A stretch of 64,000 nucleotides of DNA from Isurus oxyrinchus. Its lineage: Eukaryota. The stretch lies in NCBI GenBank assembly GCA_026770705.1, contig JANJGN010000002.1:48918001-48982000 (forward strand), written 5' to 3'. The translations under genes and the position numbers were made by a program. Below the pieces are notes generated by a model. That model searched no databases. It was not told the DNA's origin and worked only from the letters and a program-made list of their open reading frames with translations. Positions within the stretch are counted from its first letter, which is position 1. Each line of letters starts with the position of its first letter. This document shows, piece by piece, positions 14,184 to 27,212 of the stretch.

Positions 14184-14529
14184 TATGTTTTTGTTGATGG
14201 GAATGGGAACTCGCAGGGGAAATGAGCTCACTCCCATTACCCACACAATCTCAGTTCATCATCACCACCACCTCACTCATTGATTTGTTAAGTAAAACAT
14301 ATTAGCGTGTGGCCCCACCCAACTTTTTATAGTTGAGTTCCCTGATTTTGAAATATTTGTGTGTAAAATTACAGTTGTAAAAATCCACCTCTTAACCTTC
14401 TGAAACTTAATGGCAACTGTAGCAGATGTAAATTTCACTGAGTTATATTGGACATCATTGTTATTTGTATTTGATCTGCAGTTTCATTAACCTTTCGCAG
14501 ACTTGCAGCAATATTTCTGCATAAACAAC

Positions 14530-16012
14530 ATTAAATGATTACAGCACCGAAGGAGGTCATTTGGTCCATTCTGTCCATGCAGGCTCTCTTTAAGAGCAAC
14601 TCATCTAATCCCACTCACCCACCTTTTCCCCATCGCCCTGCAATTTTTTTTTCTTTACGTAATTGTCCAATAACCTTTGAAAGCCACAACTGAATCTGCA
14701 TCCACTATACTCTCAGGCAATACATTCCAGATTCTAACCACTCACTGCACAAAGAAGTTTTCCTCATGTCACTGTTGCTGCTTTTGCCAATTGCCATAAT
14801 TCGGTGCCCTGTGGCTCACGATCCTTTGGCAAACAGGAGCAGTTTCTCCCTGTATACTCTGCCGAGACTACTCATCATTTTGAACACCTCTATCAAATCT
14901 ACTTTTCATCTCCTTTTCTGCAAGGAGAACAGCCCCAACTGCTCCAACCTTTCCATAAAACTTAACTTCCTCATCCCTGGAACCATTCTCCTGATTCTTT
15001 TCTGCACCCTCTCTGATATGTTCACATCCTTCCTAAAGTGTGGTGCCTAAAACTGGGCATGGTACTGCAGTTGAAGCTGAACCAGTGAACCAGTTTTATA
15101 CAGATTTAGCTTGACCTCCTTTCTTCTGTACTCTATGCCCCTATATAAAGCCCAGGATTGTAGATGCTTTAATAGCCACTTTCTCATCCTGCCCTGCCAC
15201 CATTAATGTTTTGTGCACATATACCCTCAGATCCCTCTGCTCCTGCACCCCCTTTAGGATTGTAGCCTTTATTTTCCCTCTCTTCATTCTTCCTACATAA
15301 GTGGATTACCTTCCCACTTCTCTGCATTAAATTTCACCTGCAACTTGTCTAACCACTCCACCAGCCTGCCTATGATCCCTCTCTTGAACTTAATCCTCTG
15401 CCTGTATCACTATACTTCCAAGTTTTGTGTCATCTGCAAATTTTGAAATTGTATCCTGTACACCCAAGTCTAAGTCATTAATATATATCAGGAAAAGCAC
15501 TGACACCTGTGGAGCCGCACTATATTCCTTCATTCTGAGAAACAGCTGTTCACCACTACTTCCTGTTTCCTGTCATATCCATACTACCACTGTCTCTTTT
15601 ATTCCATGGACTCCTGTTATGTTGCACTTTATGAAATGCCTTTTTGAAGTCCATGTGCACCACATCAGCTGCATTACCCTCATCAAGAAACTGATTCAAA
15701 TTAGTTAAACACAATTTGCCCTTAACAAGTCATTGCTGGCTTTAGTTAATTAATCCACATATATCCAAGTGACTGTTAATTTTGTCCTGAATTATCATTT
15801 CTACAAGATTAGCCTAATTGGCTGTAGCTGCTGGATTCATCCTTACACCCTTTCTTGAACTAGGGTGTAATATTTACAATTCTCCAATTCTCTGGTACCA
15901 TCCCTGTATTTAAGGAGGACTTGAAGATTATGGCCATGGCTTTCGCAATTTTAACCTTACCTCCTTAGTATCCTTGGATGCATCTCATCCATTCCTGATG
16001 ACTTATTGACTT
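14530..16012 (-). mobile_element. 5'-truncated CR1-clade LINE (RT remnant and 3' end)
   Basis: Reverse complement of TGTCATCTGCAAATTT (~15428-15443) reads KFADD(T). The typical CR1 3' region lies at the left end; many stops and frameshifts. Confidence 0.85.
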
Positions 16013-16939
16013 CAGTTGGTTGGTTTATCCATTTATCCTGTTTTGTGACTGTTGTGAACATTATGAACCTCCATCAATTTTCAAAAGACTTCTAATGCAA
16101 ACGCGTTGCAGCAAAAACATTGCTCATGTACATTGTCTGTCATTTCTAAAAATCAATCTTACCATAATATGAACATAAACAGAAGTACTGTAATATTGAC
16201 AAAAAAACCTCAAATTGCCCCTAACTCTCCTCATCTGACCATCTTCAAATTTGATCCCAGCCACTTCTGTTGGAAAAAGACACAGTTGGCAGAGATTGCT
16301 GAAGTAACTAAATAATAAACAGAAGCATTGAGTTGAGTGGAACAAAGATCAAGATAGAGAGGGGAAAAATAGAGAACAAAGCACAGAATAAGAATGTTTA
16401 GAGGGAAACAGCAAAACAAAAATTTCTTCATATAGCCACGTACATGGACACATGAGCCAAAACAGCACTAAAGCCTCACTCCCCAAAATGTTTGCCATCA
16501 GAATGCATGAACCTCTGCACAGCTAGCACCAATAGTCCAATCTTAGTCTTCCATAGGCACTCAGAGCACCTTTGCCTGAACCAGCAGTTAGGCAAAGCTC
16601 CTGAGATATTATTACAAAATACCAACGAGTGAAAAAAGCAACAATATCATCTCTGTACAAATAACGTACATAAAATTTTATCTGCACCTCATAAATTACT
16701 TATCAATGATGCCATGGTTGCTCTATTAGTATTACCTAAAGAATGCTGTAGATTGAGAATAGGCTGCAGTGTGTCCATTTTTTTTTTTAATTTTTATTTT
16801 GTAATAATCGAGTTAGTGCATTTTGAAAACTAACATATACAATTGACTATTTATTGTCTCATGCAACTTGCCCATTATTGGTGAGATAACGTTTTACCTA
16901 GATCATATTCCTTGTTCCATTGTGTTTTAAGCATAATAT

Positions 16940-17602
16940 GGGGTAAATTTTTTGCTCGGCGGGCAAGCGCATGCCCGACCTGACCGAGCGTAAAATGATG
17001 TGGGATGATGTTGGATAAGCGTCCCGATGTCATCATGGACTCACGCAATGTTTCGGTTGGTGGATCCGTGCCGGAGTTGGCAGCGTACCCGCCGACAATT
17101 AAAAGGCCTATTAAGGCCATTAAAAAATTAATTAAGTTAAATTTTTCGCTGCCCGTCCAACCTTATAGTTGGCAGGCAGATGAAAAGACCAAGCGGCCTT
17201 TGCAATTTTTTGGAAGCCTCATCCATGGGTGGGATGAAGTTTCCAAAAGGAAATAAAAGTAAAATAAAAGCTTTAATTTTTCATTAATAACCCATACCCC
17301 TGCTCATGTGACAGAGCCACATGAGGGGTCATGTTTCATTACATTTTTAATTTTAAAAATATTTTTTCCTTATCTCTGAGGCAGCTCTGTGCCTTAGGGA
17401 AATTTTGAAGTGTGTACTCGAGTGTATGCATGATGGTCATGCTTGCCTTCCTCCCCCTGCCTGCACAGGCAGCACTGAGCACAGCCGCTCCCGTTTCACG
17501 CTGAGTGGGCCTTAATTGGCCCACCACTGTGAGATTGCCTACCAGTGCTGATCGCGGGAGGCAGTTGGGAGGAACCCGCCTGAGATGGGTGAAATTCTAC
17601 CC
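16940..17602 (+). mobile_element. Harbinger MITE (~660 bp) related to the 25725 element
   Basis: GGGGTAAATTTT...GAAATTCTACCC termini; both subterminal regions align with the ends of 25725-29285; TSD not clean. Confidence 0.85.
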
Positions 17603-17859
17603 ATTATGTAAATGCTGAGAGTTGCATTCTGATTTGAGTCTTGCTACATGAAGTAGTTTGAATTGAGGAATAGTTGATTATTAGTTATTATTTTCTATAA
17701 AATATAGCCACTCGGTTCCTTAGTGCATCATGGGAACTCAGTGCATAGAATGGACTTTTGGGAAGCGAAAAATAAAGTTTAAATCAATGTTTCCATTAGC
17801 TTCCAATCTCATCTTGTTGGTGCTCATTGTTCTCTCGACAATATTTCCACTAAGCTGCT

Positions 17860-19294
17860 GGCCACACAATTTCCCTTCCTGCCTCCCAGGTTAACTTAAA
17901 ATTGTTAACAGCTCTTTCTTCTCAAGTACTGTCCTCTCTCTTTCAAATCTGCCGGCATCACTCCTTTCCCCAAAATACCATCCTTTGAACACTCTGTCTT
18001 TGGAAAATACCACCTCATCTCCAACATCCTTTTCCTTTCAAGTCCTTGAACATGCTGTCACCCCCCCCAAACCTGTACCCATCTTTCCTGGAATTCCATG
18101 TTTGAATCCTTCCAATCGAGTTTCCCTCCCGCCACAGTACCAGCACAGTTCATAACAAAGTTATAAATGACATCCTGTTTGATTGCGACAAAGGTAAATT
18201 GTCCCTCCTCTTCCTTCTCAACCTTTCAGCAGCATTCAACATGTCTGACCTCACCATCCTCCTCCAGCACCTCTCATTGTTCAGCTGAATGGGACTGCAC
18301 TCACCTGGGCCCATTCTTATCTATCCAGTTGCAACCAGAGAATCACCTGCAATGGCTTTCTCTTCCCACCCTCGGGCAATTACCTTTGCTTTGCCTCACT
18401 AAAATTCTCGTCTATATGCTGCTCCTTGGCAACATCTTCTGAAAACAGTGTCAAATGATGACACCCAGCTCCACCTCATCACCCCCTTCTTGACACTCCA
18501 TTGCCTCTAAATTGTCAGACATTCAGTTTTGAATGAGCAGGAATTTCCACCAACTAAACATTGGGAAGACCAGAACCATTGTCTGCAGATCCCACCACAA
18601 AATCCGTTCCCTTATCATCAACTCCCATCCTTCTCCCTGGCAACTGTAGGAGGCTGAACCAAACTGTTTGCAATTTTGGTGTCATATTTGACTCCATCAT
18701 GAGCTTCCAACAGCATATTTGCACCATTACTAAGACCACCTATTTCCATATCAGTAACATCGCCCAACTCCAACACATTCCTGGCCAGCCTCCCATTTTC
18801 TACCCTTTGTAAACTTGAGGTCATGCAGTACTCAGCTGCCCGCAGTCCCATTCACCCCGTGTCCGCTGATCTACATTGACTCCTTGTTAAGCAATGCCTT
18901 AGTTTTGAAATTCCCATCCCCATTTTCAAATCCCTCCATGGTCACGTCCTGCCTATCTCTGTAACTTCCGCCAGCCCCGCCATCCGAGATCGCTGTACTC
19001 GTCCAATCTGGCCTCTTGAGTGTCCCCAATTTCCATCACTCCACCACTGGCGGCTGTGTCTTCAGCTGCCAAGGTTCTAAACTGTGGAGCTCCCTCGCTA
19101 AACTCTTCTGCCTGTATACGTTTCTTGCCTTCTTTAAGACAGCCTTCAAAACCTACTCCTTTGACCAAGCTTTTGTTATCTGCCTTACATCTCTTATATG
19201 CCTCAATGTCAAATTTTGTTTGATAATGTTCTTGGGAATCACCTTAGGGCATTTTACTACGTTAAAGACATTATATACATACAAGTTGTTGCTG
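17860..19294 (+). mobile_element. 5'-truncated L2-clade LINE
   Basis: Degenerate RT motifs resembling NYRPISNLPFLSKVLE (~18005-18050), LLDLSAAFD (~18213-18240) and DDTQL (~18456); L2-like 3' end ...TACAAGTTGTTGCTG. Confidence 0.85.
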
Positions 19295-21429
19295 GACTAA
19301 AATATCTTAGTATTCTGATTTAATATTTATCTGTTAACGCAGCATCATTGCTAAAATTGCCCTCTTCATATAAAATTTTGTTATTTTATTTATAACTACA
19401 GTTGAATTTTAAAATTACACCACTGTTCCATAAAGGAGAAAATTATTTGGGAAGGTACTTTTAATGCAAGGTACTCCAATTGTCATGGGAAATGAGTATC
19501 CTCATCATGTATCCCTACCATAGTGAAACAAAGGAAAGATTATACAATTTAGTTCTCTTGGATATGATTCTCTAGAACCAAACAGACCATCTATAATTCC
19601 ACAGTAATCGACAATTTGTACTTGGCATCACAGAGCAACTTGATTTAGAACACTGTTATGATGTGGTGGCTGGGCACAAAAGCGTAAAACATTTCAAAAG
19701 GTTATTTAAAAGAACAAAGCCTTTACTTGAAGTAATCTGACGATCCTGTAGCGGCATGTAGTGATGCCACATTTGATCTCATCTTGGCTTTTGATTGGTT
19801 GATTACTTTTTGTCACCATTGGTAAATGAGTATGAAGGTCTCTAGCAGGTAAGACATTATCTAAAGATAATATAGGTATGCCTGCGTTTTCTGTATTGAT
19901 CACTGGACACATTGGCCTAATGTCATCCCGATTTGGAAGTACCATCAAAATCTGGAAACATTAAAACAAAAAGCAGGATGTTAGACTTTGCAGCAGTGTC
20001 TGCTACAGAACTCTCTGCTCATTGGCATAGCTAACAAATAAAATTGTCATTTTTGTGGACCGGTTTGAAGTCAAGTTGCTTGTTTTTGTACTATTATGCT
20101 CTTATTGTGGCATTAAAATGGAGCAGTGAATTGGGAATTTGATCCTGAATTAACTCTTGCTGTGCCTTGCCTTGGAAGTGCTTGACTGAAAACTCTTCCA
20201 TTCTCTGGTAATGTTAGCTTTCAACTTAGCGAACTTAGCTTAGGATTTTTCAAGTTAAGAGGTGCCTTTTGTCACATGCTGGATAAAACGAAAACACCGT
20301 TGAAGATTCAACAGAAAAAAGGCATAGGTTAATTTCTGAATGTTTCCAAGGCAAGAGACAAACGTGTGAGCCACATAGCCTCTGATGAAATATTATTTAA
20401 CAGTGATCGTGAATTAAGGAATTGGCTTATGATAAAATCAGCTCTTCTTATGTGAAGAAAGAGCACTAAAGAAATTGCTTTGATTAATTCTGTATCACAA
20501 AGCGCTTAACTCAGCTGTGTCCACAACAGAGGCAAATATTTAAAGAAAAAATAAAACGACTTTATCAGTAAATAGAATTAGGCTACCCATGCTAATAAAG
20601 CAGCTGAACAGAAAGCAGGGCGTTATGAAATTTGAACAGTCCTTATCTGACAAAGAGCACAATGAAATTAGACAGCACTTGACTTCAGTCGTTTCAAGTT
20701 AGAGTGGAATGAGTGGGTACAAGAGACGGAGGCTGTGCCCTAATAGCCCTTTACTATGACAGGGCCCCCACCATTAGCATCCTTTTATATTCACTGAAAT
20801 TGCTCATGCTTCCTATTCTGGCTCCTATCTGCCTGCCTTCTTTATTCTCTCTTTCAATTTTGTACGTGCTTGGATAAGCGCATGCTAACACAATATGATT
20901 GAGCTGTAAAATGGAATTCTGTCGGCTTTAATCTCTTTTATGTAGATACTGTGGTAGTTCCACACTTCGCTTCATCCAGCCTATTGTAAGATGCACAGAA
21001 TGGACCAGAGAGTAATGTAGGCTGAATCGACTATTGAAGCTAGGTTTCACACATATGATAAAAAGATTATCAATGCAGCAGTCAGATGTATTGTTATACT
21101 TTGTGTTGGATTAGAAAATTCACATGTTACCACATTAACAAAATACTGGAGGTGCTTACTCAGGCATTGCTATGACAGCACTCCATACTTCATCCCCATG
21201 TTAAAAGAACTAGTATCTCTCTTTACTCTTTGTAAGCTGCATTCAACTACTGTGACACAGTAGAACTGTCTGACATCCTCTTAAGGGTATTCTCCAAAAA
21301 TTTAGTTCTTGAAACTTTTCTGTTCTCAGACTATTACTCTCCAAAGTCTTCAATATCTTAAATATTTCACAGAAGTATTTTGTTGAAGTCATTGTATTCA
21401 CTTCTAATTAAGGGGGAAGAAAATACCTA

Positions 21430-22341
21430 GGGAGAGAAATTCAATATCATTGCGCCCATTTTGTGGGGGTTAAATCAGCATTGGGGAATGGATTTCAGAT
21501 TGCCATTTCCCAAACCCAACAAATAGTGAATTGGCTGCCAAATCGGAAGCTTGTGACTCCTGGGAGCATAGGATGCCCACCTATAACAGGCTTTAGGTGG
21601 CTTAAGTGCACAAACCTGTCTTCTTACACACTAGTCCTGTAGGCACGCGATTGAAATTTGGCACAAGATGGGCAAAACTTGCGCTGTACATCTTGCACCA
21701 AGTTTTACTTGAATCAATCTTGCCTAGTCTAACCAGCAATCTCTAAATGGACCATTGGAAGTCATTCAAAAAGGGTCAGGAAATGTTTTAATAGTTTTAT
21801 TTCTGTGGAGTCAAGAGGATCAGTTGTGCTGCTCCCAACTTCATAAAATTACTGCAGGCCATCTTTGTGTTAGAGTTGGCTAGAATTGGTCAGATTCTGA
21901 CCAGTGTGCTGCATTGGCTGCCTGATCACGACCACAGTTTGAAGCAGTTGAAGTTCATTCATTCATGTGTGATCTGCCCGCAGGCAGGCCCTTGGCTGTT
22001 GTCTGCTGATGTTGCATCCTGAGCTGTTTTCTTGGCAGTTTTTTTTTCCAGTGATGGTTTACCATTGCCTTCTGCTCTCGGGCAGGATGAGGAGGCCGAG
22101 ATCCCAAAACTACCTCAGCTGGAACGGAAATCAAACCCGTGCTGTTGGTGTTACTCTGAACCACGCGCTAGCCAGCTACCCAATTGAGCTTATTGACATT
22201 CACCTGCACCTCTCCCCCCCCCCCCGGAGGAAGTCTGCAGCCTAATTGCAATTGAGTTCCAGACTGTCATCTTTGGGCATGCATTTAGATTAGGCCATCC
22301 ATTTTGCACAGGATTCCCACCTGAGATGAAATCCTCTCCTT
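21430..22341. mobile_element. Non-autonomous Harbinger-like element with nested SINE
   Basis: GGGAGAGAAATTCA / TGAAATCCTCTCCTT imperfect TIRs, CTA on both flanks. Confidence 0.6.
21954..22197 (-). mobile_element. tRNA-derived SINE, same family as 11035-11277
   Basis: (TTCA)n tail at left; GGTTTACCATTGCCTTC is the reverse complement of the GAAGGCAATGGCAAACC core; tRNA head at right. Confidence 0.88.
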
Positions 22342-23102
22342 CTAGAAATATGATAAATGTAAATGTCCTGTTATGAGTATCCTTTGTCTCTGTTTAATAT
22401 TGTTGTTTAAAATGTGATTACATATCACATCTAAAGAACGGGCTTTGAAACATTATTGAGCCCAACCACATGAAGCAGTTCATTTATCATCAGTGCATGA
22501 AGTAGTTTACCAGGGTGCTCTAGTAATCATATAATTTTAATTGTATGTTTTAATTTGGTTCATTTGTACTGCAAAGCGCAATTATTCTTCCCAGCCAGTT
22601 TCACCTAATGATAACTGCACTCGATGCTTAAACAAGCCTTTTCAAAAACTTAACAAATGCAAAAGGATATTACCAGATAATTCTTGAGAGCTTTTCTTTG
22701 AAAAGCTGCATGATAGTAATATACCCACCTTCAGAAAAAGATGGGTCATTATTACAGGATGGAAGAATATGCACTGTTCATTCAAAATCATACTATCTTA
22801 CAGCACCAAATGCGGCTATTCAGCCCATCATGCCTGTGTCAGCTATGTAATTATTACGTTTCCCTGCTCTTTCTCCATACACCTACAATTTTCTTCCCTT
22901 CAAGTATTTAATTTTAAACTTAATTTTAAATCTTCGGTAAGAACTCAAATGACTGGGTGAAGATGTTTTATTTTGCATGTTAGATAATTGTTGTTAGTGG
23001 GTTCTAGGTCACAAACTGACAAGGACCTGAACAGCAATAGCAGAATGTAAGTAAAGAAATGACATTATTAATGTTAGCTGTGCCATAAGAAGCAAAGTTT
23101 AT

Positions 23103-23745
23103 GGCCTGTATTTTGCAGTCAGGGGCTCACAATGATCTAGCAATCTCTGTGGGGCGGATTTCACCTTTTCCAATGTTATTTTGAATTGGGAGCCAAATGA
23201 AGGGATCTCCAGGCATCATATTGCAGAGCAGGAGGTAAAATGCACTGATTATCCTTCGCTTTTTTATAAATTTTATAAAGATTGAAATAAAGATTGGGAC
23301 ATACATATTAGAAGCTGTAATATCACAAACAAACTTTTAATATGATAAAAATATTTTTAAAAGCTGTGAAATTTTTATCATAATGGAACAATTTGACAAA
23401 TATAAAATCTTCTTTCCAGGACTAGAGAGGTTTTCAGCAGTAGCTATGACTTAGTATGGCACTTAAAAAATAGTTACGTCTCACTAACAAGAACGTTTTC
23501 AGGGATTTTAAACTGTGATATTACAGTTTAAAAGAAGAAGTTCTTGTCAGTTCAGTGGCTGCCAATTGCATCTGCAGAGACTTCAACAGCACAACCTATG
23601 GGTAAGTGTAGAATCAATGGCAGCAGAAAAAACATTGGGGTTTCTGCATTTAAGTGCTGACTTGAGAAGTTTCTCTAAGCTTCAGAGGAGTAATCATGAT
23701 GAATGCTGACAGTTTTGTTGTCATTATTACCACAAAATCCAGGCC
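23103..23745. mobile_element. AT-rich non-autonomous DNA transposon (Harbinger-like TIRs)
   Basis: GGCCTGTATTTTG / CAAAATCCAGGCC (12/13 match); TSD not preserved. Confidence 0.6.
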
Positions 23746-23852
23746 AGTATTTGAAATGCAAAACTATTTATGTACAAACCTTCCCCGCATAACTTTTCAA
23801 CACATCAAGGTTCATTATTTTCCTTTCCTTCGTCCTCCTCTTTCCATAACAA

Positions 23853-24517
23853 TGGCAGGATTCTCCCCTCGTCGGGCGGGTGTGGTGGGCAGGCCCAGGA
23901 ACCGCTGCGAGATGGGCCACTGCCGGCGATTGGGCTCTAGCCACGATTCCATGCTGGCTGCCTAATTAACAGCCGGCCAGTGGGAAATGCACACTGAGAG
24001 CTTCAGCGCTGCTGGCGGGAGAGTGAGCGCTGAAGTCTGTGCACGCCATGGGGGAGCGCGCACTGATAGCTCCCTGAGGGCACAGAACTGCCTTAGGAAG
24101 TTGAAGAGTTTTAAAATGAAAAGTAAACATTTTACAAATGATAGAAACATGCCCCCACATGTGACTCAGTCACATTAAGAGGGACATGTTAAAAATTCTG
24201 TAAACAAAATAGTTATTTTTTTTTTCAGTTGCCCGCCATGGATGAGGTTTTGTAAAAAAAAATGCAAAGGCCGCCTGGCCTATTTGCCTGCCCGCCAACC
24301 GAGCAGTTGAGCGGGCAGTGAAAAATACAAATTAGTTACTTATTTAAGGGCCTCTTAATTGTCGGCAGGTACGCTGCCGCCTCTCATGCGCACTCGGTGA
24401 CCGAAAGATCGGTAGAGTGCATGATGACGTCAGGGAGCTCGCCCAACATCATTGCCCACTATTTCACTCCTGTTCGGGTTGGGCGCACGTCCGCCCATGG
24501 GACGAAAAATTCTACCC
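23853..24517 (-). mobile_element. Harbinger MITE, inverted relative to 16940-17602
   Basis: TGGCAGGATTCTC...GAAAAATTCTACCC termini, TSD CAA/CAA, internal sequence is a diverged reverse complement of the 16940 copy. Confidence 0.9.
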
Positions 24518-25432
24518 CAAGCTTCCATGTTTGGTCACGACCTCTATCATTGTTAGTCTGTGCTCAAACAATGGAGTTGAGTGGGATTGACCAGGGTTGG
24601 TTTGACCTCCAATTTTCCCTTCTCAGCAGGAAAATATTTTTTCCTTGCATAGCTTGGTTGTAATTGGGGAAATTTTGATCGATTCCACTTCATTACGCAG
24701 CCTGTTTGGAGTACCGTTGCACTGTGAAGCTGAGCCCATAAACCATCAAAAAAACATGATTAACCTTAGTGTTAAACAGCATCCAGCAATGGAACTGATG
24801 ATATTTGGATTGAGTCTTAATGGATTATTTACTTGAGTTGCATTAATCCTTCTGTCGGCTAATTTCACATTAAAACACACTTCATTTTTAGAAACAATAA
24901 AACAGAAATTTTCATCTATTTGATTACATTTTTTGAGGGTTAGTATTAATCAGGATGGGCGTGAATGCTGTCAATGCTGACAAGTGAAAGTACAACTTAT
25001 GTTCACTGATGTAAATTTAGATTTTTAACTGTGTGGACTGGAGACTGATGCATTGCATCAAATCCTGTACAGTTGTGCCATTGGTTGCAGCTTGAGTACA
25101 TATCCATGGCTTCTCTCTGTTCACACCATTATTGAGTAGTGATGACAGAATATTACCGATGTGTACTAAAATTTGTGCACAGAGTGCTGCTTATTGGAAC
25201 CTAGCTGCTAGTGAACTTTGAAAAGGGCTCACTAGTAGACCCTTTATCACTGGAAATTTGTCTGTGCATCAGATGCAGTATAACTACAACTGATGCTGAG
25301 TGCCAGCAGTACAAATATCACTGCAGAGTTGGGCAATAGTATAGCCACAAAGATCAGAAAGCAAAAGCATCAAATTCAGAGTATAGCTGGGGAGCACAGA
25401 TATAAGTCTTAGCAGGTCACCCTTTTTAGTTA

Positions 25433-25628
25433 AACAGAAACAGAATTACCTGGAAAAACTCAGCAGGTCTGGCAGCATCAGCGGAGAAGAAAAGAGTTGA
25501 CGTTTCGAGTCCTCATGACCCTTCGTCAACTCTTTTCTTCTCCGCCAATGCTGCCAGACCTGCTGAGTTTTTCCAGGTAATTCTGTTTTTGTTTTGGATT
25601 TCCAGCATCCGCAGTTTTTTTGTTTTTA
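25433..25628. mobile_element. Short palindromic Penelope-derived element
   Basis: 70-bp inverted arms (25433-25502 / 25524-25593, 3 mismatches); 14-bp TSD ACCCTTTTTAGTTA at 25419-25432 and 25629-25642. Confidence 0.85.
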
Positions 25629-25860
25629 ACCCTTTTTAGTTACATGATCAAAGTAGAAATGATCTTTTTTGATAATAAGTGCTGAATTTTCTGAAGGACG
25701 ATTAAAGAAGTGTAGTGAATCCAAGGGCAGAATTTTTCATCCTGTGGGTGGGCACGTGCCCAACCTGATTGGGAGTAAAAATAGAGCATGATGACGTTGG
25801 GTGAGCGTCATCATGCACTCGCGTGATATTTCACTCAGCAGGCACTTGCGGGTGCTGGAG

Positions 25861-26880
25861 CGGCGATGCAGCTACCTCAATATGTCTGAGGTGCAGTCCT
25901 GAAGGAGGCTCTGCCTCTCAAGGGAGAGCATGACATCTATTTGACAGATAATTAGGCCTGAGATCAGCTCCAACTGTGTGGGTGGACACTCCATACCAGT
26001 GGCTCTGAAGGTCACAGCGGCCTTCAACTTCTATGCCTCTGGCTCCTTCCAGGGCTCAGTGGGGGATTTGTGTGGAGTCTCGCGATCTGCTGTCCAAGCT
26101 GCACCAAGCTGGTGACAGAAGCTCTGTTCAGGTGGGTACTAACCTTTATTCTTTACAGTACAGAGGAGGCCAGCCAGGCTGAGCGAGCCAGAGACTTTGC
26201 AGCAATTGCTGGATTCCCCCACATCCAGGGTGCAATCGACTGCACACATGTGGCCATCAAGGCGCCAGCGGGTCAGCCGGGTGCCTTCATCAACAGGAAG
26301 GGATTCCACTCCATGAACGTGCAGATAGTGCGTGACTGTAGGATGCAGATTCTGCAAGTCTGTGCAAGGTGCCTGGCAGCTCCCATGATGCATACATCCT
26401 GAGACACTCCCAAGTGCCGAGGCTCTTCAGTGCTCCAGCCCGGCTGGATGGATGGCTGCTGGGTGACAAGGGCTATCCGTTGAAGAGGTGGCTCATGATG
26501 CCTCTCCACCGCCCAAGAACAGAGGCAGAGAAGCGTTACAGTATAAGTCATGCCTCCACAAGGGCAGTGGTAGAGAGGACCATAGGCCTCCTCAAGATGC
26601 GCTTCCGATGCCTGGACCGTTCAGGGGGAGCACTACAAAACCTCCCAGAGCGGGTGTCACTGATAGTGATTGCATGTTGCGCTCTCCACAATCTGGCACT
26701 GGCAAGGGGGGACCCGCTGGAGAAAGAGGATATTGATGCAGCTGCACAGGCCACAGATGATGAGTCTATTAGTGAGTCCGAAGAGGAGCCTGGTGAGGAG
26801 AATGCCGAGGGCATGGCGCCGGACCTCGGTAACCTGCAGGGACATGAAGGATGCCTTGATCTAATGTTCCTTCAGCTAGG
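25861..26880 (+). pseudogene. HARBI1-like DDE transposase pseudogene
   Basis: [57 protein letters not shown] and CCALHN motifs. Split by at least two frameshifts with stops in the N-terminal part; the start appears deleted. Confidence 0.93.
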
Positions 26881-27212
26881 CTACCAAAGATCGGCTTCAA
26901 ACGCATGCCAGGGATGCCGCCTCCATCCTGGATGTTTGAAAGGATCCTTTCATTGAACACAAAGAACATTCAGTGCCTGTGCAATAGAGTTCAGAGCTAC
27001 CTATGTCCAGCATTACATACTGGCGTACCCTGCACCAATGAAATAAAAAGGTGAAGCATACTCAGGAGGTCATGACGACAAAAACACAATTTATGTAATT
27101 CTGACAATTCAATAATCTTAACAGAAATGTTTCTGGTATTCAACACCAGACCAGTACACATAAAGTAAACAAAAATAAACATAAAATCAACTGTCACCTG
27201 TCCCTGTTGTGC

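Noticed and set aside
19706-19948. 80-aa minus-strand ORF as a nested antisense gene
   Set aside because: No recognisable domain, convincing splice pairing or promoter; length within random expectation.
26070-26956. Domesticated HARBI1/NAIF1-like host gene pair
   Set aside because: Frameshifts and stops, and enclosure by TIRs with a TSD, show a transposon copy rather than a host gene.
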